A stretch of DNA of 64,000 bases from a virus. The notes under the pieces are model-generated. The model saw only the letters and a program-made list of their open reading frames with translations, had not been told where the DNA came from and did not search any database. Of this stretch, positions 1-12,800 are shown piece after piece. A program made the translations under genes and the position numbers. The stretch covers positions 24,573-88,572 of the IMG/VR virus record IMGVR_UViG_3300020468_000005, one strand, 5' to 3'. Each line of letters starts with the position of its first letter. The stretch's first letter is position 1.

Positions 1-1
1 T

Positions 2-823
2 GAATTTGGTAAGGTATTTTTAGCGATTAAACCTAAAAATGCAGATAAATTATCACTTTCCGAAAAAAATGTTGTATTAAAGAAGCTCAGAGAGTATTCT
101 GTAGCAGCAGTTCAACCTTCAATCATTGATCCGTCCATTTTATACATTGATATTGATAGTTTTGTGTACTATAACCCCAATATTACACGGAAAGAATCAG
201 ATGTAATCAAAAATTCCGTACTTGCCACCTTAGTTGCACTCAATACTGGATCTGAATTTAATAAATTTGGTGGAAAGTTCAAATATTCTAAGCTTCAGGG
301 TATAATTGATAGTGCAGATACTTCAATTACTTCAAATATCACTCGTCTCAAGATGAGAAAGAACGTTATAGTGACTCTGAACGCACGAGTGAACTATAAA
401 ATATGTTACGGTAACCGCATTAACCAAGGAACGTCCACACAACCTACTGTTTCCTCTTCAGGATTTGCTATTTCTGGTGATACAGTTAATACTTATTTCC
501 TCAATGATGATGGTGCAGGTTTGTTGAGACTTTACTACATTAAGGGAAGTGGTGAAAAAGAATACATTGGAGGTTCTTGGGGTACTGTTGATTATTCTAT
601 GGGAGAGATCGTGATTAACGATTTGGTGATTACATCAACAATTGCTTCTGGTAATATACTACAACTTAGTGCAATTCCAGAATCTAATGACCTTGTTTCT
701 TTGCGTGAAACCTATTTGACATTAGGTATAGATAATACAACTGTTAATGTTGTAGAAGACACTATCAGTAGTGGTTCAAATCTTTCTGGTACGGGAGTTA
801 TACCAGAGTCCAGTTATAGTTAA
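2..823 (+). CDS. gp6: Baseplate wedge subunit, T4 gp6-like; C-terminal part, 5'-truncated by the window edge
   Basis: The frame is open from position 2 (EFGKVFLAIKPKN...IIDPSILYIDIDSFVYYNPN), so the track start at 164 is internal. GKVFxAIKP, FxYSKLxxxID and GTVDYxxGEI are gp6-like, and the gene lies directly upstream of gp7/gp8. Confidence 0.9.
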   Translation, partial: EFGKVFLAIKPKNADKLSLSEKNVVLKKLREYSVAAVQPSIIDPSILYIDIDSFVYYNPNITRKESDVIKNSVLATLVALNTGSEFNKFGGKFKYSKLQGIIDSADTSITSNITRLKMRKNVIVTLNARVNYKICYGNRINQGTSTQPTVSSSGFAISGDTVNTYFLNDDGAGLLRLYYIKGSGEKEYIGGSWGTVDYSMGEIVINDLVITSTIASGNILQLSAIPESNDLVSLRETYLTLGIDNTTVNVVEDTISSGSNLSGTGVIPESSYS

Positions 824-828
824 CAAGA

Positions 829-3800
829 ATGGCAACTAATCAATCATCTTGGAAGGTCGGTCAGTGGACTACACCAACCACGACGGTTACAACTCAACCT
901 GTACCGTCTGAGGTTACCGCTGAATCGAGATCCCAAATATCCCATAATATTCCTGGACAGTTTGCGTCATTCATTCAGGATGAATATCCTACGTTTATAG
1001 AATTTGTTAAAGCATATTATAAATCACAAGAATTAAGAGGATATTGTTTTGATGTTATTAATAACTGGGGTGATTATTACAATATTGACAATTATGGAAG
1101 TTTAATTGTTGAAACGGACTTAATTTCTTCAATGTCAACTACTTCTACAACAGTTGACGTTACTACAACTCGTGATTTCCCCGATGAAGGTCTTTTGATG
1201 ATAGATGATGAGATCATTTATTACAAAAACAAAGGACAGACTATTTTTAATGACTGTTCAAGAGGATTTGATGCAGTAAAAGCGGTTGGAACTGCTAGTC
1301 AGTATGTTTTTGCTGAAACAACTGCTGCTGAACATGCTCTAGGAGCAAAAGTTGTTAATTTGAACAATATTTTCCCACTTTTCATGTTGGGACAGTTCAA
1401 AGATCAGTATTTGTCCACTTATCCAAAGAATTTTTCAGATGGAGTTACTGAATCTACTGTAATTAAGCGAATTAAAGATTTTTATGCGTCAAAAGGCACA
1501 ACTAGGTCTTTTCAGTTCGTTTTAAGAACACTTTTTGGCGTAGAATCAGAAGTTTCATACCCAAGAGACAGAATCTTCAAACCATCGGATGCATTCTTCA
1601 CTAATAGAGAGGTAATTCGTGCTACAGCAGTTAGTGGAGACCCTACAGAGTTAGTTGGCGAAGTTTTGTACCAAGAAAACGATCCAAGTGACCCATATGT
1701 CAATGAAGCACGTATTTACGTTAAGGGTGTTCAAAAAGTTTTCACTGCTTCAGGGGAAATCTATGAAATTGACGTAGATACCAATAACTCTTCAGGAACC
1801 TTTGTAACACCTTACAAAACTACTATTGCATCAGATGTACCTTCAAGATTAGACTTTACAACGATCACAGTTGATAGTACTTTGGGATGGCCAGAGTTAA
1901 ATGGTAGATTTAGAGTTCAAGATGAAATAATAACATATACAAACAAAACAGTTAACCAATTTATAGGATGTACTCGTGCTAGAGAGGGTACAACCTCTGA
2001 TGAGCATATTGCAGGTCAAGAAGCGTTTGCTGCATTCCGAATTTACGGTAAAAGTAACCTAGATGGGTCTGATATTCAGATTAAAGTATATGGTGGAACG
2101 AGAGGAGTTAATTTAACTAATGGTGGTAAATATTACCTTCCTAAGAGTAAAGTTACAACGCCTGCAGCACCTGGTTTTGACAGTCTTGATCCAATATGGA
2201 GTTCCTTCCAATATAACGTTAGAAAGGCACTTAGAGGGGTTACAGCAGAGTTAGCAACACCTGCTGCTGATGGTTCTGTTCGTGTTACAGTTACCACTAG
2301 AGAAAAACATCGTTTAAGAAGAGATGACAAGGTTAGAATCCTAAATGCTGCTGAAGACATCTATAATAACGAACATGATGTTGTTGGTATTATAGATGAG
2401 TTCAAATTTGAATTTATTCTTGGTAGTGCACCTTCTCAACCTATATTGGAAACAGATGGTTTATTTTTTATCTCTAGAGAATTTGCATTTGGTACAAGTG
2501 TCTACACATCTATCAATAACTTAGTTTCCCAGTACACTGCTGATGTACAAAACGTATATAAGTCAACTGACAATGCAATAGTCGCTAGTACAGGTATACC
2601 ATCACATAAAATAGGTCCTTTCTCTGTAAATGATCCAGATCCAGGAAATCAACGATATTTAAAGAGAATACCATTAGTACCATCAACAAAAAGTACAAAA
2701 ACACCAACTCCTGTTGGGCAAGTTGGGATTGGTGTAAATGGAGTTCCATTTTTCTCATATAAGGGAACTTCGACGAAAAAGTTTGGTGGAATTGCTTCTA
2801 TCACAAAAAATGATGGTGGAGATGGATATGATATTGAAAACCCCCCTACAGTTGAGTTTGAACCCGACTATAAGTTAAATACAACTTATGCAAGTGGCAA
2901 TGTTATAAAATATGATGATAATGGTACTGTAAGAAGATATAGAGCACAGAATCCTGGCACAAGTGATAAAATTACATATCCAACACATACAAGTGGTGCT
3001 GTTAGACATGGAACTATTGATTGGGAATATTTGGGTTTAGGTGCATCAGCAGAAGCTATTATTGATGGTAGAATTATTGCTATCAACGTAACTAACGGTG
3101 GGGGAGGATATACCCGTCAACCTATTGTTTCTATTAGTGGTGGTGGTGCACCTAACAGTACACAGGCAACTGCAGTCGCACAAATTACTGATGGTAGGGT
3201 AACTGGTATTGCGGTAACATATTCAGGTGCTGGTTATACAAAAGTTGCAGGATTACCTAACATATCAATTAGTGGTGGTGGCGGTGTAGGTGCTGCTGCT
3301 AGTGCTGTTGTACGTGGACCTATCAATACAATAAACATCACAAATACAGGATCTGAGTATACTTACGAACCAAATATTACTTTAAAATCTGGTGATGGTG
3401 CTGTGGGTTATGCATCTATTCTTAGTGGAAAGATTGAGAGTATTATTGTTACATTTGGTGGTGCAGATTACTTTGGTGCTCCAGACGTTGTTATTACTGG
3501 AGATGGAGTTGGTGCTACTGCGTTTGCTGTTGTAGATCCAACTAGTAGACAAGTTACATCGGTTACTGTAACAAATAAAGGACTTGGGTATACAACAGGT
3601 AATACTCAAATTAGTATTGTGTATCCTGGTGATGGTGCTAGATTTACAACTAATTTAACTCAGTTAACTTATAACGAAGCAGCAACTGCAGATGAAATTA
3701 AGAAGAATAATCCTAGTGCTATTTTCTCAGATAGAAAAGTTGTAGACGATGCTAATGGTACAGTTGTAAGAGGAGAAAACATTGGAATCTATGATGGTGA

Positions 3801-6800
3801 ATATGGATACTTCTACACTCCAGATAATCTTAGGTATTACCTAGGAGATAGTATTGAATCTAGAATTCCTACAGTAGCAGATCCTTCACCATGGATAGAA
3901 CAGACTCCAATAGGACATTCTCCAATTATAGGTTGGGCATATGACGGACATCCCATATATGGACCTTATGGATTTGAAGATCGACAAAATCAGAACCCAT
4001 ATAACTCGTATATTCAACCAGCTAGTAGTTATAGAATAAAAACATCTAGAGCGTCCATTCTAAGCGGTCTGACAGACCCTATGGGAACGTTTATTGAAGA
4101 TTATGAGTATGTGGAAGGTCTAGGTGATTTAGACCGTTATAATGGTAGATATTGCGTAACTCCAGAATATCCAGATGGAGTATATGCTTATTTTACAACA
4201 ATTGATGGTGTCAGTGGTGCACCTAAATTTCCATACTTTGTAGGACCTGATTTTTACTCAGAAGCAGATGAAATTAACTGGAATGGTAATGGACTACAAA
4301 GAAACTTTACTGAAGACGCTATCCGTTTTAGAGCACCATATATCGGAACTGATCAGGTTACTGCAAAGAGAAAAGCGTTAGATTCAAGAATTGATTTTGT
4401 ACTAGCACTAGAAGATAGTACAACATTAATAACATTAGAAAGTGGAGAAGTTCTTCAATATATTGAAGATGGTATTGGTTACTTTAGTTACTACCCAACA
4501 ATTCGTGGTGGTAGTGCACAATCCTTAACAGTTGCAGCTACTAACAGATATTCATCAACTAATATTAATGACTTCCTTGTAGAAGGTGGTGGGCAAGGAT
4601 ATAAGGTTAATGATAGATTATTATTTGACAATACTGATACTGGTGGTGATGGAGTAAGTGCCACTATCTCAACTATCACAGGTGAACCTGTTTCTACACT
4701 TAATTACGTTGTAAATGATGAAGATGTAACAATTGCTACATTAACCACGACTAATAATCACTATTTGGTTGGTGGTGATCAAATAACTGTTTCTATAGGT
4801 GACAATACTTATGAAAGAGAACTTAAGTCATACCTATACAATTCAAAATTCTATTTTAAGTATTTTGATTTAGTAAGTTATGATTTTATTACAGAATGGA
4901 CAAACAGCACTGCATATAATAAATTTGATTTAGTTTTTGTTGCAAATAGAGTATATCAAGCAACTGAAACCGCAACATCAGATTCTGATGCTAATAACGC
5001 TCCAACACATGTATCTGGCACAGTCAGTGATGGTACAATGTTATGGAAGTATATACGGAAACGTACAGATGGTGCACTTATTGCTACTACTACAAATTCC
5101 CAAGGATCTGGATATTTACCTGGCGTATACACTGACGTTCCAATGCTCACTAATGGGAATGGTAAAAATCTTATATTAGATCTTACTGTTGCTGCTAATG
5201 GAACTATATCAGTTGGTTCTATACCAACGACTGCAGATAGAGGAACTGCATTTAAGATTGGCGATACTATTACAGTTGATGATGATAATGTTGGTAGTAA
5301 CGGTGGATCTGGATTTCAACTTACTGTAACTCAAATATCATTAGAAGCTGTAGTTAGAACTGATGCTGCACATCAATTAGGAGTTGGTGATATAGTTGAT
5401 TTTAAAGGTATGAATGTTGGAACTTATAATGGTGATTTTACAGTAGTAAGAACTGAAACTCTTAGAAGATTTACTATTTCAGTTAATCAATTAGGTACAA
5501 ATGCTGCTCCTAATATTACAAGTTCGGTAGTTAGTGTAAGGGAACCTAAATTCCAATTTATTAATGGACATTCATATAAATTTGATACTTCAGATTCTAC
5601 TCTCAATAATGTTACATTAGCATTTACTCTTGACCCATTAAACACTGATATATTCACATATAAAAACATCACAGATGAGGTTGTTGATACTCAAACTCTT
5701 CAACAAACTTCTATAACTCTTAAGGTTGTAGATTTACCAGGTATTTTCTATTATTTTGATTTAGCAGGTCAATATTCAATAACTGGAAGTTATTTCACTA
5801 TTATGAACGAACCTCTAGCTGGTACAAATATACTATTATCTAAGACTGATACTACTGCTTCATATGCAACTGCATTAGAACCAGAAGTAAATTATGATGC
5901 TTCAAATACTATAACTTATAGTACAAACTCAATATATCCAACTGGAGGAGTCTCAACAATCTCAATTGGAGACAGTGGACGTAATTATGAATCTTTACCA
6001 CAATTATCAGGATCCACCAGAGCTGGTGCAGGTGCAACTGCTGTAGCAACAATTTCTGGAGTATTATCTGGAGTCTCTGTTACAAATAAGGGTTCTGGTT
6101 ATAATCCTGCGTCTTTACCTACAGGGGTTGTTACATTACCTGATTTTGTAGATTTAACACTAACAAACGTTCTTGGTTCTGGTTCATTTGCAGTAAATGA
6201 AATTATTATATCTCAAAGTGCTCAAGGAACTCAAACTGCTAGAGGTAAAGTTATTTCTTGGGATCCATTGAGTTCAACATTGAGAATACAACCTCTTCAA
6301 AATGGAAGGACTGGTGCTGCAAATAAAGGGTATATTATGTTTACCACATTTGCTGCTAATAATGATAGAGGTAAAGTTTTTAGTTCAGATTCTCAGGCAA
6401 CTATTAGTGCAGTGAGTGGTGCTCAAGCAACTGTGCTTTGTAGTATTCCTAGTTCAGGTCCTGATGTAGGTAGATTGTCAGAAGTCACTGTTAATGGTCC
6501 TGGTTCTAACTATAGAGCAGCACCAAATATTATTCTTGACGATCCTGATTTTGGATTAGTTAATACTGTAACAATTACTACAAATACAACTGGATTAACG
6601 CCTGGTCAGTATACTGGTGTTACACAATCTGCTGTAAATCCTACTGGTGGTACTAATGTAGAATTTACGGTTACTTCTGGTGCTGGTGGAACTGTTGAAC
6701 AGGTTGTAGTTACTAATGGTGGTGGTACATATAGACTAGGTGATATCATTACTATTCCTGGTAATCAGATAGGTGGTGCTACAACTGCTAATGATATTAC

Positions 6801-9800
6801 TGTGACAGTTACAGTACTGACACATATTGATCCTGCATCCACATTATGTTCTTTAAATGCAACAGTAGATAGTATAACCATTACTAATACTGGATCTGGT
6901 TATTTGTCTGCTCCAGATGTTCTTGTTAGTGGTGGTAGTGGAATCAATGCAAAATTCAATGCATCTATTCAGAATCAAGGAATATCTGCAATTAATATAG
7001 AAGCTGGTGGAGAATTGTTCCAAAATGCTCCTGTAGTTAACATTACACAAAAAACAGGAACGGGTGCTTCTGTATTATTGAAATCTACCGATTTGGGTAA
7101 AATATTAAAAATTGGTGGAGATAATATTACATTTAATTATAGTCATGATAGAACTCTAAAACCAGAGTTAAATACTACCTTTAATTTACAATTAACAAGA
7201 ACTCAAGTTATTGACTATCTTGAGGTGACAGATGGTGGTGCAAACTTTGTTGCAATTCCAGAAATTGTTCTTACTGGTGGAAGTGGGTCACTTTTTGATT
7301 TAAGAGCCGTTATTGAGAATGAGGTTATACAAAGTGTTGAAGTTCGTAATCCAGGTAGAGGTTTCTTATCAGCTCCATCTGTAAGTGCAAGAATAACTCA
7401 TAATTGGGTTGGATTGAGATCTAACAGTACTTTAAACTTCCCATATAATGCAAAAATACCTACAGGTACGAAAGTTACATTAAATGAAAATATAGGAACA
7501 TTTCCAACTCCATTAGTAACTAATACAACATATTATGCCATTGCAGCGACTCTTGCAAATGGATTAGCAAATAATCAAATTAGATTAGCAACAACTCAAG
7601 CAAATGCAATAGCTGGAACTTATATTAACTTTACAGGTGATCCGATTGGAGATGCTAATGGATTAACAGAATTTACTCTTTCTAGTACTGATCTTGGTGA
7701 TATTATTACTGCATATATGAAACCTGCTAATTTCTTAGTTGGAGAAAGAGTTTATCAAGGTACATCCACTACAACATATACTGCGTTTGGAATTATTAAA
7801 GATTGGGATAGTCGTGGACGTATTCTTAGTGTGGAAATTATAGAAGGTGATTTTCTATCTGGCGAACCTGTCTTTGGTGAAGAATCAGCAGCATTTGGTG
7901 AAATCCATGCATTTGATAGAGCAGATGCAACATTTAACGTATCTCCTATTAGTACTTCTGCTGAAGGTTGGGAACGTACCACTGGTTTCTTAGATGTCAA
8001 TGAGCAGAGAATATATGATAGTGATAGGTTCCAAGAATACTCATATGAAATTTCTTCACCTATCAATATTAATAAATGGAAAAACCCATTAAAATTTGCA
8101 GCACATCCTGCAGGATTTAAGGTACTTGGTACACAAGTTGTTTTAGAATCTAGTGCTAAAATTTATAGATCCAAATCTACAATAAATTCAAACTATTCTT
8201 CAAATGAACCATGGGCATGGTGGGTAGAATCACCTCAACCAAATTTACAAACATTTAATGGCACTACCTATGTTTTCCCCAAACCTTCTGCTAGGTCAAC
8301 TGGTAAATTAGCAACTATTAAGAACTTTGCACTAGGTGACCCAGACTACTCAGCAGCAGTTCCTACTGAGGTACAAATTTTTGGTAGACAACTATTAGAT
8401 ATTCAGAAAATCTTAAGTTGCATCTCATATAAGATTGATGATATTAGTTCTTCTTTTGATGGATCTACGACTGTTTTTAATTTAACAATTAGTGGTGCTA
8501 CTGTAACTACTAAAATTGGAAAAACTTCTATTAAAGAACAATTCTTAGTTACAATAAATGGAATTGTTCAGAATCCTAATAATTACACTTTTGCAAACGA
8601 TGCCATAACATTCTCAGTTGCACCTAAGGCAAATTCTGTTGCTTTGATAATGTATTATGATCGTGCATCATATACTTCTAGTTTCCAGTTAGATCAAATT
8701 GGAGATGAGATAAAAGCATTTGATATTACTAATGGATTGACAGGTGGTACAGGATATGCAGATGGTACATATACTGCAATTCCATTAAGAAATAAAATTG
8801 GTAGTGGTGTTGGTGCAACTGCTGATATTACAGTTAGTAATGGTTATGTTTCTAACGTTGTATTGAATAACTCAGGTGATGGATTTAGAGATGATGGTAT
8901 TGTTGGAATTAGTGAAATTGGAAAACCATTAACTAACAGTTATACCCCCTCTACAGCAACTTACGCTCCTAGTACAGGTGTACTAGAATTAACAGTAGGA
9001 TCACATACTTTAAGTGCTCCTACAACAGCAACTGCCACAGATATTGACTATAATCCTAATACAGGTATTATGACAGTTACACTAGTGTCACACGGATTGG
9101 AAGCGGGTGATCAAGTTAAGTTTGCTGATAATTCAATAACTCTTAGTTGTGCTTTTGGTGGTGCTTCAGGAGCAGCTGCTCAGAAGACCTATCCACGTAG
9201 TACTGACTATGCAAGTGATAGATGGTTAGAAGTATCAAACATAACAGTTAATACATTTGATGTTCAGGTATTAGATAGTATTCCTTCTACAAACGTAGAT
9301 CCACATTCATTTGTATCTGCTGTTGCTGGTGGAATTAGTATTGCACAATCTACTGTTAGATTCTCAAACAATGCAATAACATTCAGTTGTGGATTTGGTG
9401 GTGGAGGTAATAGAAGTTACCCAAGGTCAACAGATCCTATTGCTGGTAAAAACGTTCCTGTTGATGCTATTACATCTACTACGTTTACGATCAATGCATT
9501 AAATGGAACCACACCTACAAACACTGATGCACACACTTATGTTGGTAATGCCACTGCTGCTTTGAGTCCAACCTTTGTTGATTATGATGCTTCTCTTGGT
9601 ATCATGAAACTAGAGTTAGCTAATCATGGACTTTCTAATGGTAACTTTATCCAATTTACTTCAGATTCACTAAACTTTATTTGTTCTCGTGATAACTATG
9701 CAACTACAACTGCATATCCTAGAGGATCAGATCCAGCTGCTGTAAACTGGTTAAATGTATTTGATGTAGAAACTAATAGTTTCAAGGTTCAGGTTGGAGC

Positions 9801-12800
9801 AAATATAGAAAAAGCATTTACACCAACTGGTGCGACATATACTGCGTCAACAGGTTCATTAACTTTAGATATAGAGAACCATGGATTTACGGCTGCTACT
9901 GAGCATACTGCAACTGATGCTACTTTTAATACTACTACTGGTATTGTCACAATAACTTCTGCAAGTCATGGATTTGCAGCAGGTGATAGAGTTAAAATAA
10001 AAGACAGTTCTATAACCATGAGTTGTGGTTATAATGGAGGTGGGCAAGAATCATATCCTAAACCAGGTCAACCAATTAGCGGTAAGTGGATAACAGTTAG
10101 AGCAATTACCCAAGATACTTTTGATATCCAATGTCTTAAAGATGCTCCTTGTAGTAATAGTGATGCACACACATTTGTTTCTGCTACTGCAAATGGAATC
10201 CTCCACGCTAAGAGTGTAATCAGTATTGATGATGAAGCATTAACATTTACATGCACACAAGATGATGACTTCTCTAGAAAATCATATCCTCGTACAACAG
10301 ATCCTGCATCAAGAGAATTACTTGGTATTGAAGCAGTTACCACTGACACTCTAACAGTTAACGTAGGTGCATCACCTCAGGTTACATTCACACCAACTAA
10401 TGCAGTTTATACTCCTAGTACAGGTGTACTAGTATTGACAATAGGTAATCATACTCTTCCTGTTGGTACAGGTATTAGTATTGATGTAAACTCCTTGAAG
10501 TTTAGATGTGACATGGAAAATGATGGTACTCTCATTGCAGGAAACTTATCAAATCTAGGTGCTAGTCTTCACAATTATCCAAGACCAACAGATCCAGCTG
10601 CTAAGAGCAATCTTTATATTACTGAAACGACAGGTACTACAATCACAGTTAATGTTAAACCATCTGTCACTGTAAATTACCAACCAACAGACGCTGCCTT
10701 GAATCTTGCTAATGGAGATCTTTCATTAACTATCGGTGCACATCAATTCCGTGGAGAAAAGACATTTACACCAACAGCTGTTGACTATACTCCCAACACT
10801 GGTCTTGCAACATTAACAATTAAAGGTCATACTATTCAAGCAGGTGACTTTGTTCAGGTTGCTAAAGAATCACTTACATTTACATGTGCACAAGATAGTC
10901 ATCAGACTAATCATTCTTATCCAAGAACTACTGATCCTGTCTATAGAGAGTGGATTCAGGTTATTTCTGTAACAAATGATACAATACTGCTTAACTTCTA
11001 CTCAACTGTTGCAGGTAATTCAGCACACCTATTTGTATCTGCTGCAGATGACTGTATTGCATTAAAAGGAGATACTATCAAGTTAACAGATGGTAGCATC
11101 GTAATGAGTTGTGATAATGGTGGTGTTAGCAACCAGTCTTATCCTAGAACTGATACTATTTCATATACTCCAACAGGTGCAGATTATGATCCTTCTACTG
11201 GAGTCATGACTGTTACTCATGGAGGGGGTGCAGGTGCCTTTGTGAACGGTGATCAAGTTAAGTTTGATGATAATGCTATTGTATTCACTTGTGCTGCTGG
11301 TGGTGGCACACACGCTTATCCTAGACCAGGCGATCCTGCTAGTGGTAGATGGTTAACTATTTGGAATGCTGACGATACAACCTTCAAGGTTCAGGTATTA
11401 GATACAATTCCTTCTACAAATACTAGTGTACATGTATTCTCTAGTGCTGTTAATAATGGCACGAAGAAAAAGAAAGACTGGGCGTATGATAGACCGATTC
11501 CGATCAAGAGTGTTGGATATACATCTCATGCTGTAACAAATGCTACATATGATCCTAGTACAGGTGTACTAGTAGCAACAGTTGCAGGTCATGGATTCTC
11601 AAATGGCGAATATGTTAAAGTAAATCAAAGTGCATTGAAGTTTACATGTAATAAAGATAGTAATGCAACAGTTAAGAGTTACCCAACACTAGAAGATCCT
11701 TATTATGATGAGTGGGTAAAAGTAAGAAATGTTACAACTGATACATTTGAGATTAATGTTGGAGTTGCAGGTCCTAATGGACAGCACACCCATACATTTG
11801 TACCAGAGGGTAAATTGACACCAACCTTAGGAGCATACAATCCAACAACAGGTGTTATGACTATAACTATTCCTGATCATGGATTTGTTGCTGGTGATGA
11901 GATCAAAGTTGATGACAATGCGTTTAGATTCACATGTCTTGAGGACTTTGATACTTCATACCATGATTATCCTCGTAACACAGACCCAATCAGCGGTCAG
12001 TGGGTTAAGATATACAATGTCACAACTAATACTTTTGATATACAGGTTCTAAACAGTGTACCGTCTACTAATACCACTACTCATACGTTTATTTCCGCAG
12101 TTGCTAATTCGATTACTCGCTCTGCCATCAAGAAGCAAACTGGCGTTATTACGTTCAATACTAATAATAGAGATGCTGCTATTACTCATCAGTACGCTCA
12201 TAGTTTTGTATCAGCAAGTGCTACAGCCGTCATAGCAGGTGGCAATTATACTCACACCTTCATACAGTCAACATCTGGTGCTGTTAAGACTGGTGGTGAT
12301 TATGTACATACATTCGTCAATGCTAAACCTACTTCTGTAAAATATGGATATACTCACTTGTACACAGGAAATGCAATTGCTAATCCTGTAACAAGAGGTC
12401 TAGTAACATCTGGTGGTCATGCATACGATAGATTAGCTGATGCGGGTAGATTAATACGAGCAAACTTAGATTTCATTGCAACTACTGCATATGGTAGAAT
12501 GCTTGCATTGAATCCTACTTTTGATGGTGATCTCTATAAGAGAAAATGTATTCGTGATACTAAGTTAATTTCTGAAGCAGTAGCAAACAATATTGAGTTT
12601 GGTGGAAATGATGGTGTTTATGATGCAGCAAATTTCTATGTTGGAACTGTACACCTAACTGGTGAAGAAGATCAATCTGTACAGGTGTTCAATGCTGCTA
12701 GAGATATCTGTCGTGAGGTAATGCGTAATATCACTGTTACAACTAATTACGTTACTGAAGGATCACAAGTTAAGGATCTTACTATTACCAATGATAGTGG

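Noticed and set aside
8941-12400. Recurring DNA words as a possible CRISPR array
   Set aside because: The repeats are in-frame protein modules with irregular spacing of hundreds of bases, and there are no cas genes.
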